From NCBI GenBank assembly GCA_030540215.1, contig JAUNWR010000002.1, positions 10,119-74,118 on the forward strand: DNA of 64,000 nt, written 5' to 3'. Numbering within the stretch: position 1 is the stretch's first letter; every line of letters begins with the position of its first letter. Source of the DNA: Coriobacteriia bacterium (GTDB lineage Bacteria > Actinomycetota > Coriobacteriia > Coriobacteriales > Eggerthellaceae). Shown here in pieces: positions 47,542 through 57,900 of the stretch. Below the pieces are notes generated by a model. It had not been told where the DNA came from. It was given only the letters and a program-made list of their open reading frames with translations, and did not search any database. The translations under genes were made by a program, and so were the position numbers.

Positions 47542-48926
47542 GCCTGCATATGAAGCCCTTCGATCACGACGAGCTGCTCAAGCTTGACGGCGACGTCCCG
47601 TTCGTCCGTTCGGTGCCGTACGGCATCCAGCATATCCTGGCCATGTTCGTGGCCAACCTGGCGCCCATCATGATCATCGCCGGCGCCGCCGGCCTTGATG
47701 ATGTCTCCACCGGAGGTATGATCCAGGCCGCCATGCTGATCGCCGGCATCGGCACGCTCATCCAGCTCTTCCCCATCGGCCGCCTGGGCAGCGGCCTGCC
47801 CATCGTCATGGGCATCAGCTTCACCTTCGTCACCGTGCTCGCGGGCGTGGTGGCCACCTACGGCATGGGCGCGGCAATGGGCGCCATTATCGTGGGCGGC
47901 TGCATCGAGGGCGTGCTGGGCCTGTTCGCGCGGTATTGGCGCAAGCTCATCACCCCCATCGTCGCCGCCGTGGTGGTCACTTCCATCGGCTTCTCGCTGC
48001 TCTCCGTGGGCGCTACGTCGTTCGGCGGCGGCAGCGGTGCAGCCGATTTCGGCAGCCCGCGCAACCTGCTGCTCGGTACGGTGTCCCTGGTCGCCTGCCT
48101 GGCGTTCCAATGTCTGGTGAAGGGCAAGCAGAAGCACCTGTCCGTGCTGTTCGGCCTGGTCGTGGGCTATATCGTTGCTATTCCCCTGGGCGCTGTCGAC
48201 TTCAGCTCGTTCTCCGACATCAAGCTGTTCGCCGCGCCGTCCATCATGCCGTTCACGCCCGAGTTCGACCTGGGCGCCATCATCTCGGTCACCCTCATCT
48301 TCCTGGTGTCTGCCACCGAGACGCTCGGCGACACCACCGCCGTGTGCCAGACGGGCCTGAACCGCAACGTCACCGACAAGGAGCTTTCCGGCTCCATCGC
48401 CGCCGACGGCTTCGTCTCCGCGGTGTCCGGCTGCTTCGGCTGCATGCCCATCACGTCGTTCTCGCAGAACGTCGGCCTGGTGGCCATGACGAAGGTGGTC
48501 AATCGCAAGGCCATCGCCACGGGCGCGTGCATCATGATCCTGGCGGCGTTCTGCCCGATCATCAGCGCGCTGTTCAGCAGCTTGCCCGAGCCCGTTTTGG
48601 GCGGCTGCACCATCATGATGTTCGGCAACATCATCGTGGCGGGCTTCCAGATGATCGCTTCCGCCGGCTTCTCGCAGCGCAACATCGTCATCGCGGCGCT
48701 GTCGCTGGCCATCGGCGTGGGCTTCACCCAGGTCGCCGAGATCTTCTCGTGCTTCCCCGAGTTGGTGCAGAGCGTGTTCGCGCAGAACTGCGTGGCGGTG
48801 GTGTTCCTGGTGGCTGTTGTGTCCAATCTGGTGTTGCCTCGGGATATGGAAGTCAACGCCGCTGGTTCCGATGGCTTGTCGGACCCTGCCGACGATGTCC
48901 CGAAGAGCGACCAGCCGGCTGCGTAG
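47538..48926 (+). CDS. pbuX: NCS2/NAT nucleobase permease (xanthine permease-like)
   Basis: [28 protein letters not shown]; overlaps the xpt stop. Confidence 0.88.
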   Translation: MSLHMKPFDHDELLKLDGDVPFVRSVPYGIQHILAMFVANLAPIMIIAGAAGLDDVSTGGMIQAAMLIAGIGTLIQLFPIGRLGSGLPIVMGISFTFVTVLAGVVATYGMGAAMGAIIVGGCIEGVLGLFARYWRKLITPIVAAVVVTSIGFSLLSVGATSFGGGSGAADFGSPRNLLLGTVSLVACLAFQCLVKGKQKHLSVLFGLVVGYIVAIPLGAVDFSSFSDIKLFAAPSIMPFTPEFDLGAIISVTLIFLVSATETLGDTTAVCQTGLNRNVTDKELSGSIAADGFVSAVSGCFGCMPITSFSQNVGLVAMTKVVNRKAIATGACIMILAAFCPIISALFSSLPEPVLGGCTIMMFGNIIVAGFQMIASAGFSQRNIVIAALSLAIGVGFTQVAEIFSCFPELVQSVFAQNCVAVVFLVAVVSNLVLPRDMEVNAAGSDGLSDPADDVPKSDQPAA

Positions 48927-49116
48927 CGATTTCCCGCTCCGCGTCGTTGCGATGGGCGACGAGCCGCTGCGAGACGTGTTGACATTTTCGAGTTCGTTGC
49001 TCGTTTCGGTGAGCTTTGGTCAAGGTCGTGGCTTCCGAGAAGCTGCAGGAGCGTGCCGAAAAGTAACGGTTCTGTAAAACGCGGTCTGACTTTTGGATAT
49101 AGCGTAAAGGAACCCC

Positions 49117-49161
49117 GTGAATGCGGGTTCGCATGCCAAAATAGAAGAGCTACCTGATTAG
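49117..49161 (+). CDS. Putative 14-aa leader peptide (MNAGSHAKIEELPD)
   Basis: SD AAAGGA 5 nt before GTG; stop codon lies within overlapping hairpins upstream of the CorC-like gene. Confidence 0.35.
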   Translation: MNAGSHAKIEELPD

Positions 49162-49245
49162 CAGGCCTCCGGTGTGCTGGGGGCTCGGAGGCGGGCCAAG
49201 TGCCCGCCTCTTCGATATGTACCCGACATAAGGAGACCCGCTTTT

Positions 49246-50568
49246 ATGCACATAGGCTTAAGCCTGATTCTTGTCGTTTTGTTCCTGGCCATGAACGCGT
49301 TTTTCGTTATCGCCGAATTCGCTTTGGTGCGCGTTCGAAAATCCCAGCTCGAGCTGGCCGTCGAGCAAGGCAAGAAGGGTGCGAAAAGCGCCATGTACAT
49401 TGCCGAGAACGTCAACCAGTACCTGTCCGCCTGTCAGCTGGGCATCACGTTGGCGTCGCTGGCATTGGGCTGGTTGGGCGAGCCCGCGTTCTCCGCTCTC
49501 ATCCGCCCGCTGTTCGAGATGCTGCACCTGCCCGAGGCCTTGATCAGCGTGGTGGCCGTGGCCATCGGCTACTTCATCATGACCACGCTGCACGTGGTGG
49601 TGGGCGAGCTGATCCCCAAATCGTTCGCCATCTTCGCAACCGAGCGCTATGCGCTGTTCACGGCCGGGCCGCTCATGGCGTTCTACAAGATCACCTACCC
49701 CATCATGATCCTGTTCAACGGCATCACCAACGGTGTGGTGCGCCTGACCGGCCATGACCCGGCAAACGAGCGCGAGGTGTACACGGGCGACGAGATCAAG
49801 CTGCTCATCGACGAGTCCACGGAAAGCGGTCTCATCGACCCCGAGCAGAACGAGTTCGTGGACAACATCTTCGACCTGGGCGACAAGGACGCCGAGGCCA
49901 TCATGACCCCGCGAACCGATCTGGTGTGCATCGACCTCGAGGATTCCCTGGAGGAGAACATGGCGCTGGTCACGCGCTACAAGTACACGCGCTACCCCGT
50001 GTGCCGCGAGACCAAGGACCGCATCGTGGGCTTCGTGCACGTGAAGGACCTGTACCTGATGCAGAAGGGCTCCACCATCGATGACCTGCCGGTGCGCACC
50101 ATCGAGGCCGTGCCCGAGAGCATCCCCGTGGCGAAGCTGCTGCAGGTGCTGCAGGAGGGCTCTACGAAGATCGCCGTGGTGGTCGACGAGCACGGCGGCA
50201 CGGCCGGCATCGTCACCATGACCGACATCATGGAGCAGATCGTGGGCCACGTCGATGACGAGTACCGCCACGCCGACAGCGAGCTCGTGAAGAAGCTCAC
50301 CGACGACACCATGATGATCGACGGCGGCATGGCCGTGGGCGACTTCGAGGAGCTCATCGGCTTCACGCCCGAGGACGCCGAGGACTGCGAGACGCTCGGC
50401 GGCCTGATCATGGACGTGCTCGACCGCATCCCCTCCGAGGGTGAGAGCCTGACGCTCGAGGGCAAGGAGGCCACGGCGAAGCTGACCGTGGTGCGCATGG
50501 ACCGCCATCGCATCGACCGTGTGAAGCTGGTGCTCACCCCGAAGCCCAAGCAAGAGGAAGACGAATAG
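49246..50568 (+). CDS. Hemolysin-family CNNM/CorC protein (DUF21-CBS-CorC_HlyC), putative Mg2+/metal exporter
   Basis: NAFFVIAEFALV, QLGITLASLALGWLGEP, GELIPK, MTPR, YTRYPV, VDEHGGTAG, TLGG. Confidence 0.93.
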   Translation: MHIGLSLILVVLFLAMNAFFVIAEFALVRVRKSQLELAVEQGKKGAKSAMYIAENVNQYLSACQLGITLASLALGWLGEPAFSALIRPLFEMLHLPEALISVVAVAIGYFIMTTLHVVVGELIPKSFAIFATERYALFTAGPLMAFYKITYPIMILFNGITNGVVRLTGHDPANEREVYTGDEIKLLIDESTESGLIDPEQNEFVDNIFDLGDKDAEAIMTPRTDLVCIDLEDSLEENMALVTRYKYTRYPVCRETKDRIVGFVHVKDLYLMQKGSTIDDLPVRTIEAVPESIPVAKLLQVLQEGSTKIAVVVDEHGGTAGIVTMTDIMEQIVGHVDDEYRHADSELVKKLTDDTMMIDGGMAVGDFEELIGFTPEDAEDCETLGGLIMDVLDRIPSEGESLTLEGKEATAKLTVVRMDRHRIDRVKLVLTPKPKQEEDE

Positions 50569-50571
50569 CAA

Positions 50572-50602
50572 GAAGGCCTCCCAACCGGGAGGCCTTCGTT
50601 TT
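50572..50602. terminator. Terminator between convergent genes
   Basis: GAAGGCCTCCC-AACC-GGGAGGCCTTC-GTTTT. Confidence 0.8.
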
Positions 50603-50628
50603 GCTGCGCGTTGTTTCCGTTCACTCCG

Positions 50629-51435
50629 CTACTCAACCTTCACGCCGGCGAAGCGCTCGGCGTTGTGCCAGAGGATGTTCTCCAGCTCGTCCTCGGTGAA
50701 TCCGGCAGTGGTGAGGGTGCGGTACTCCTCGGCGGGATCCCACATGGGGAAGTCGCTGCCGAACATGATGCGGTCGGTGCCCCACATGCGCGTAAGCTCC
50801 ACCGTGCGGCGCTGCCCCAGGAAGAACTGCGAGCTGGACTCGTCAAGGAACACGCGGTCGTTCATGGCCACCTCGTGCAGGATGTCGTAGCCCACTTCGT
50901 AGCGCGACCAGCAGCCGAAGTGCGCCGCGTCCACTACCAGGTCGGGGAACGTGCGCAGGATGTTCACCAGGCGACGCGGATGTGAGAAGTCGTAACGGTA
51001 GTCGCCCGTATGGATGACCACGGGCAGCCCCAGCTGCTCGCAGATGGCGTACACCTCCATAAGGCGCGGGTCGTCCATGTCCACCTTCTGCGTGTCGGGG
51101 TGCAGCTTGACGCCGCGCAGTCCCAGCTTAACTGCGCGCTGCAGCTCGGCCGCGGGGTCCTCGAAATCTTGCTGCATGGCGGCGAAGCCGATGAACTCGG
51201 GGTGCGCCTGGCATTGCTTCGCGATGAAGTCGTTGATGGCGGTGACGGCGTGCGCGGTGGTTGCCACGGAGTGCACGATGAAGTGCGTGATGGGCGCGCG
51301 GTCCTTCGTCGCAAGCAGACCGTCGGCGGTGCCATCGCCGAACATGCCAACGTTGTAGAAGTCTCCGACGGCCTCCACGGCCTTCGGGGCGATTTTGTCG
51401 GGATAGATATGCGCATGCGCATCGATAACGGCCAT
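50629..51435 (-). CDS. Amidohydrolase_2 family metal-dependent hydrolase
   Basis: IDAHAH, GVKLHP, IHTG, AAHFG, FGSDFP; SD GAGGAG. Confidence 0.9.
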   Translation of the reverse strand: MAVIDAHAHIYPDKIAPKAVEAVGDFYNVGMFGDGTADGLLATKDRAPITHFIVHSVATTAHAVTAINDFIAKQCQAHPEFIGFAAMQQDFEDPAAELQRAVKLGLRGVKLHPDTQKVDMDDPRLMEVYAICEQLGLPVVIHTGDYRYDFSHPRRLVNILRTFPDLVVDAAHFGCWSRYEVGYDILHEVAMNDRVFLDESSSQFFLGQRRTVELTRMWGTDRIMFGSDFPMWDPAEEYRTLTTAGFTEDELENILWHNAERFAGVKVE

Positions 51436-51630
51436 AATGCAACTCCTCATCTGAAAACTTCCCCGATTGTACGGCAGCGCAAAGCCAGGTTCCCCGGACA
51501 TTTCGGGAAATCTGCTGGCAGGGGCGATCAGGCTTTTGCTGCTGGAATGCGCAGGGGGCGCGGCTGGTGCCGCGCCCCCTGCGCTTGCGGGCCGCGATCA
51601 ACGCAAATCCCGCTTATATCCGATTGCAGC

Positions 51631-53595
51631 CTAGTTCAGGCCGTACTCCGCCAGAAGCGCCTGGCCGCCCATGGTGGTGGGGGCGGCGTCGCCGGCCTCG
51701 CCCAGGAAACAGGACGGGCGCACGATGGCCATGCGCTTGCCGTTCTCGCTCTTCACGCGCACCACCTGCATCTTCGTGCGCTCGGCCAGCTCCAGCTCGG
51801 CCTTGCTGAAGTGCGACAGCACCAGCAGGTGCTTGGCCTTCGCCACGCCGCCCATGAAGTCGCGGCGCTCGGAGTCCATGATGCGGTTGCGCTCGCCGTC
51901 GGTGCTGATCACCTCGAAGGCGTTGCGCTGCGGGAAGAAGCCGTCGATGCAGCCGACCACGAACATGTTGTCGTACTCGGTGCCGCACAGGTTCTGCGGC
52001 AGGCAGATGTGCACGACATGCGGGTCCTCGGTCCACACCGGGTCGGAGATGGCGGCCTGCTCGAGCTCGAGCAGGGTCTTCGCCGTCTCGTCGCCCACCA
52101 TGTCGGCGGCGACGGCCTCGAACTCGCTGATGCCCTCGGCGCCGATGGCCTTCATGAGGCCGAAGCCGCGGCGCGTGGCGTTCTTCTCAAGGAAGTCCTG
52201 GCCGGAGCGCCATTTCTCGGCCAGCGTGCGAGCGCGCAGGAACGGTTCCTTCGCGCCGAAACCGGCGTTGCCCACCTGCTGGAGCGCCTGGTACAGCGTG
52301 AGGCCCTCGGCCTCGGCGAAGTCCTGCAGGCCCATCCAGGCGTCGGAGTTCGTCAGCGCGTTGTCGAAGCCGCACCAGCTGCGCCACGCGATCATGTCGG
52401 TGGGGTCGGCAAGCAGGCCCAGCTTCGTGTACGCAACGAGCGCGCGTGAGCGCGTGGAGTCGCGCGGGTCGCCCGCAAGCGTGCCGGCGGCGCCGGCGGC
52501 CGACACGTTGAAGCCGCGGCGGCGCAGCATCTTCTCCACCATGACGGCCCAGCGGCGGTTGGGAACGACCACGCAGGTGTTGGCCTCGCGCGCGTCCTCC
52601 TGGCCGTCCAGCAGCTTGCGCAGGTACTTCGTCAGGCCGTTGAGCTCGTCCTCGGGCGTGTTCCACTTGATGGACTGCACGCCCTGCGGCAGGCCCTCGG
52701 CCCCGGCGGCGCGCTCGATGGGCGTGACGGTGCCGGCGATATAGGCGCTATCCATGTCGCCCTCGGTGCACAGCGCGTCGGCCAGCGCGATGACCTGCGG
52801 GTTTCCGAACGCGCCCTGCAGATGGAACACCTCCACGTCGCGGCGCACGGTCTCGAACTTCAGGAATCCCTCGACGTAGGGGTGGTTGCCGCGCTTGGAC
52901 ATCATCTGGTTGGGGTTGCCCGTCACCATGATCTGCTTGTCGGCCAGCAGGCACAGCACCGTCTGCTCGGCGTGGGAGAAGTTCTGGAAGTCATCGGCCA
53001 GCACGTAGGCGAAGCTGCCGCGAGCGCCATCGCCGGCGTCGCTTTTCAGGAAGTCGGCGGCCAGCATGGGGACCTCGCCGGCAAGCATGGCGCCGCGCAG
53101 CTTCAGGATGCGCGTGGCGTAGGCCAGCAGGTTGTCCGCCGCGGTGCCGGCGTTCCACTCCTCGCGCGGCTCGTAGCCGGCCATCTTGCGGTCCAGGAAG
53201 CCCAGCATGCTGCGCAGCTTGCGCGGATGCTCGCCGATGGTCTTCAAATCCTCCAGGAAGAAGTTGTACTCGGCGCTGTTGAGGATGCGCGGCACGCGGC
53301 CGGTGGCCTCGCGGGCGGCGGGCTCGTCGAGCACCGACACGGCGGCGTCGAGCGCGGTGCACACGCGCACCGACAGGGCGGCGCCGATGAGGTTTGCGGG
53401 AAGGGCGCGGCGCAGGCGCTTGCGGAAGGCCTGCGCGGCGAAGGCGTTGGTGACCGCTACCAAGATGGATGCGGGAGCTTCCCCGTTCTGGATAAGGTGC
53501 GCGCAGCGCGCCACGAGCGCCTGCGTCTTGCCGCTGCGCTCGGCGCCCTCGACCTTGGCGAGGCGCCCATCGAATGCGGCGATGGTATCTATCAT
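51631..53595 (-). CDS. UvrD/PcrA-like SF1 helicase homologue with degenerate motifs
   Basis: EGAERSGKT, VAVTNAFAA, LADDFQN, VTGNPNQ, CGTEYDNMFVVG, SERRDFMGGVAKAKHLLVLS occupy the positions of motifs I-VI; SD AGGGAG. Confidence 0.82.
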   Translation of the reverse strand: MIDTIAAFDGRLAKVEGAERSGKTQALVARCAHLIQNGEAPASILVAVTNAFAAQAFRKRLRRALPANLIGAALSVRVCTALDAAVSVLDEPAAREATGRVPRILNSAEYNFFLEDLKTIGEHPRKLRSMLGFLDRKMAGYEPREEWNAGTAADNLLAYATRILKLRGAMLAGEVPMLAADFLKSDAGDGARGSFAYVLADDFQNFSHAEQTVLCLLADKQIMVTGNPNQMMSKRGNHPYVEGFLKFETVRRDVEVFHLQGAFGNPQVIALADALCTEGDMDSAYIAGTVTPIERAAGAEGLPQGVQSIKWNTPEDELNGLTKYLRKLLDGQEDAREANTCVVVPNRRWAVMVEKMLRRRGFNVSAAGAAGTLAGDPRDSTRSRALVAYTKLGLLADPTDMIAWRSWCGFDNALTNSDAWMGLQDFAEAEGLTLYQALQQVGNAGFGAKEPFLRARTLAEKWRSGQDFLEKNATRRGFGLMKAIGAEGISEFEAVAADMVGDETAKTLLELEQAAISDPVWTEDPHVVHICLPQNLCGTEYDNMFVVGCIDGFFPQRNAFEVISTDGERNRIMDSERRDFMGGVAKAKHLLVLSHFSKAELELAERTKMQVVRVKSENGKRMAIVRPSCFLGEAGDAAPTTMGGQALLAEYGLN

Positions 53596-53760
53596 GTGAA
53601 ACTCCCTTCGGTAGCGGCTATCTGGGGCCCCGTCGCGCGCGCACGGCACGCGGCGGGGCGGTTTTCAAAAGGTGGCGAAGGCGTTGCCGCGCATGCGGCG
53701 CCCTCGGGCGGGCGCGGCGGTTCGGCGGCGGGGCGCGCTCACGGCCCCCGCAAAAGGCCC

Positions 53761-54603
53761 TTAGGCCTCGAACACCTTGCTCGTGCCGTCAGTATACTCC
53801 ACGGTCCACGTGCGGTACGTCGGCGTGAACGTAGGCTCATCAAGTTCGAACACAAGCTCCGGCGGCTCCATGCCGCCGCCGTCGACGGCGCCCTCGCCCG
53901 CAGCGGCGCGCGCGTCGGCCTTCACTAGCTCGGGCGACTCCAGGAACGCCTCGGCCGCGGCCTCTTCGGCGGCGACGCGTTCGGCTTCGGCAGCTGCCTC
54001 GGCCTCGGCGGCGGCTGCCTCTTCGGCGGCCTTGCGCTCGGCGAACGCGACGGCGCCGGCTTCCACCTGCGCGGCCCAATCCTCGTCGGAGGGCATGCTC
54101 ACGCGGGCGATCGTGCCGGCGTCGCCCAGCTTGCCCTCGTTGTAGGCGTCGCGCACGAGCGAGAGCATGTCGGCGGCGTCCTCGGCGATGCCGCTCACGT
54201 CGTCCATGCGCAGGCGCACGGGCAGCGTGCCGTTCTGCAGGTCCACCTCAAGCCACGTAAACGCAAGCTCGCTTCCGTCCTCGATCTCCTTTTGGCGCTT
54301 GTTATAGATGAGCGCCTGGTTGCCCAGCTTGCGGAACTGGTTGCGGAACCAATCGCGCATCACGTCGTTCCACAGCTCGTCGGAACCTTCCTCGCCGGCC
54401 GCCAGGTACTGGCGCGTGCCCAGCTTCACCAGCATGCGCATGGTGTTCTCCGCCGGGGCGTCCTCGCCCGCGGCGGCGTGCGTGCGCACCAGCGTCGAGC
54501 CCACGTAGGCGTAGCTGCGGCCGACCTCCAGGCGCAGCTCCTCGGAATCCACGCGCTCGTCCAGGTCCAGTATCAGCGTCATCGAAGGCCTTGGTTGTGC
54601 CAT
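53761..54603 (-). CDS. Acidic hypothetical protein
   Basis: 280-aa ORF with host-like codon usage, Ala/Glu-rich helix and C-terminal WTVEYTDG; no recognisable family. Confidence 0.8.
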   Translation of the reverse strand: MAQPRPSMTLILDLDERVDSEELRLEVGRSYAYVGSTLVRTHAAAGEDAPAENTMRMLVKLGTRQYLAAGEEGSDELWNDVMRDWFRNQFRKLGNQALIYNKRQKEIEDGSELAFTWLEVDLQNGTLPVRLRMDDVSGIAEDAADMLSLVRDAYNEGKLGDAGTIARVSMPSDEDWAAQVEAGAVAFAERKAAEEAAAAEAEAAAEAERVAAEEAAAEAFLESPELVKADARAAAGEGAVDGGGMEPPELVFELDEPTFTPTYRTWTVEYTDGTSKVFEA

Positions 54604-54726
54604 GTCCTATACCCCTAACTCTTCGTTCGGCGAATGCTCCGCGGGCTGCCCGAATCGGGCCCGCCCCAGGTCGTCCGCCTGCGTCCTCTTCGCTAACCAA
54701 AGTATAAATGCCCAGTTCAGCGCAAA

Positions 54727-54803
54727 ATCATCCCGCAAGGATGATATGCGCGCGCTCATACATCCCACCCTTATGATTCCCGCCCGGCGCACCGCCGTAC
54801 CAT
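54727..54803 (+). promoter_or_regulatory. Putative activator boxes and promoter of the molybdoenzyme operon
   Basis: Palindrome ATCATCC-N5-GGATGAT (54727-54745); degenerate copy 32 bp later (54759-54777, 12/19 identical); -10-like TACCAT at 54798-54803. Confidence 0.55.
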
Positions 54804-54966
54804 CGGGTCATCGCATTGGGAACGCCGCGCCGTAGCCGCATCCGGCCCGGCCGCCACCTCCTCCCTCCCTTCCCCCTTGCAGGCGGAGGCAGGGTGCCGG
54901 CACGGCGCCGCGTTCCCAATGCGGGAGACGAAGGAGAAACGAATCAGAAAAGGAGAGGAGGGGCAT

Positions 54967-57900
54967 ATGGCGAAACTTTCTTTGACTCGCCGCAGCTTCC
55001 TGAAGGCGTCCGCTATGGCGGGTGCCGCCGCAACCGTGGGGTTCGCGGCAGCGCCGTCCGCGGCTTTGGCCGAGGGCGCCGATCCGACGGCCGGCGAAGT
55101 GAAGCGCATCCGCTCGTGCTGCCGCGCGTGCGGCAAGGTCGAGTGCGGCACGTGGGTCACCGTTCAGGACAACAAGGTGATCAAGGTCGAGGGCGATGAG
55201 TCCAACGCTCACAGCCGCGGCCACTGCTGCGCGAAGTCCCAGTCGTCGATGCTCGCACTGTACCATCCCGATCGTTTGCGCTACTGCCTGAAGCGCACGA
55301 ACCCCAAGGGCGAGGACGATCCCGGTTGGGTCCGCATTTCCCTGGCCGACGCCTTCGACGAGGCCGGCGCCAAGCTCAACGAGATCGTGGAGAAGTACGG
55401 CGGAGAGGCCAACTTCGCCATGGGCGGCACGTCCCGCGTGTGGGCGCAGCCCCCGTACGGCACGCTGAAGTCCATCTTCCCGACCCCGAACGCCCATCTG
55501 GCGTACGAGATCTGCAAGGGCCCGCGCCACTTCGCCGGCATCCTGACCGACGAGATCGGCTCGCCCTGGATGGAGGTCGAGCAGGGTCCGCTGGTGTACG
55601 TGCAGTGGGGCACCGCCGCCGAGTACTCCAACTACGACTCCACGAACCGTACGGTCGTGGACTGCTCGCAGCGCGCTTACAAGCATATATTGGTGGACCC
55701 GCGCATGACGCCGCTGGGAAAGGAAGCCGACCTGTGGCTGCCGCTGCGCGTCGGCACCGACCTGTGCCTTTCCCTGACCTGGCTCAAGTGGATCCTGGAC
55801 AACGAGGCCTACGACGACCTGTTCGTCCGCCGTTGGACCAACGCCCCGTTCCTGTGGAACCCCGAGAAGGACGGTCGCACGAAGAAGGGCTGGTTCCAGG
55901 AGATGAACGGCGGCGTGGATATGGAATCCCGTATCCTGACCGAGGCCGACGTCGATCGCGAGTGGATCAGCCAGTGGTGGGAGCCTGCGGACGAGAAGTA
56001 CAGCTATCGCCGCTTCATCTGCTGGGACGAGAACAACAACAAGCCCACCTACTGGGATGCCGAGGCCTGCCAGTGGGAAGGCGAGAAGCATAAGATCCCG
56101 ACGACCGGCACCTGGATCGAGCATCCGTACAAGCCGATCATCGCCGATGCGTGGCTGCCCGACCCGTCGCACTTCGCCGACCCGGCCGATTCGTCCTACG
56201 ACGCGTACTGGACCGAGGGCAACGAGGGCGGCAAGAAGTCCAACCCCATGGGCCTGCCGAAGAACCCCGCGCTGTTCCCCGGCGGCGTGGACATCAAGCT
56301 GAAGAACGGCACCACCATCAAGGCCGGCACCGTTTGGGAGGCCTTCTCCGACAGCCTGTCCGAGTACACGCCCGAGTACTGCGAGAGCGTGACCGAGGTT
56401 CCCGCCGAGAAGATCGTCGAGGCCGTGAAGATCTACACCACGCGCCTGAACCCCCTGCACGGCAACGGCGGCATCCATTACCAGCTGGCTCCCGACCAGA
56501 CGGGCCACGCGGTGCAGAACTCCCGCGCCTTGCAGCTGATCGCCTGCATCACCGGCAACTCCGACGAGCCCGCCGGCAATCGTGGCTCCTCCAAGGCCGA
56601 GGTCGACGGCTGCTGCGGCCGTGCGAACATGAAGGTCACCGACCATGCCCCGCAGGACTGGGGCATCCGCGACGGCGTCGGCTCCATGGAGCTGGGCGAC
56701 ACCCCGCGCGACCTGTCCATCGAGGACCAGGTGCCGCTGATTCAGAACTTCGTGCAGCACCTCATCGACGTGAAGTCCCCGCTGGCCGAGCGTTACGGCA
56801 ACCACGTGCCCTCCGCCGAGGAGGCTCGCTGGATCGCCGAGCGCAAGGGCGGCGCCTACAAGAGCTCCCGTACGTGGCCGGGCCTGAAGACCAGCTTCGA
56901 CAGCAACGCCAAGCAGATCTCCGCAGAGCGCTTCCCGCTGCTTCGCTACTGGAACCGCTGGGCCGACTCCGCGACCATCTGGGACTCCATTAACGGCATC
57001 GACACCCCGTATCAGATCCATGGCGGCGTGTGCATGTCCGGCGACTTCATGAACGAGTCCAACCTGCTTGAGGCCTGGGAGGCCCTGACCCGCCTGGACT
57101 TCTGGCTGGACTTCAATCTGTGGAGCTGCCCGAACAACGGCTGCGCCGACATCGTCATCCCCGTCCTGCATTGGCTCGAGGTCAACACCGGCCGCGTGTC
57201 CCAGGGCGCCGGCGGCATCTTCGGCGCAGGTCAGCGCGCCGTCGAGCCGATGGGCGACTGCATCTACGACCCGGTCGCCGTCATCTGCCTGTACCTGGGC
57301 ATGGCGAAGGCGGTCTCGGGCAAGGAGCATCCGACCCGCGCCGACATCCCCGCCGACCGCAGCGCCGTGATCTGGAACGACCGCGACCTGAACTACGACG
57401 GCTGGAACAACCTGGACTACAACGAGTTCGTGCAGATGGGCGGCAGCATCACCTACGAGCAGCAGGAGTACCGCGTGCTCAAGGACGCTACCGACTGGTG
57501 GCGCATCGAGGAGTTCAAAGACAAGGAGAGCAAGCCCGAGCAGGTCATCCCGGCCTTCCCGAGCTACGCTTCCGCCGAAAAGCCCGCCCAGGTCGCCAAC
57601 GACGTGGCCGGCCCGGACTTCCCCGAGTACGCCGCGAAGTTCCAGGAAGAGGGCTGGTTCGACTGCCGCAAGTGGCATCCCGAGCGTTGGGGCACGTATC
57701 GTCGCTGGGAGATGGGCTACCGTCGCCAGCAGGGCGGCTACAACCTGTACGCGGCCATCGACGAGAAGTGCGGCTTCATGACCCCGACCGCCAAGGTCGA
57801 GGTGTGGTCCACCATCGCCGAGACCTACATCCCGGACACCACCAAGACGTTCGCGGAGAGCTGCAGCCCGGATCGTGCCGCCTATGACGGGAAGATCCCC

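Noticed and set aside
49081-49245. M-box or yybP-ykoY riboswitch upstream of the CorC-like gene
   Set aside because: Only short coincidental matches (e.g. CGACATAAGG); the conserved cores are absent.
51631-53595. UvrD-like gene as a pseudogene or as part of a Gabija-type defence system
   Set aside because: The reading frame is intact, and no adjacent OLD/TOPRIM nuclease or ATPase partner is recognisable.
53588-53603. parS-like TCTATCATGTGAAACT
   Set aside because: Several mismatches; explained by the SD/start region of the minus-strand helicase-like gene.
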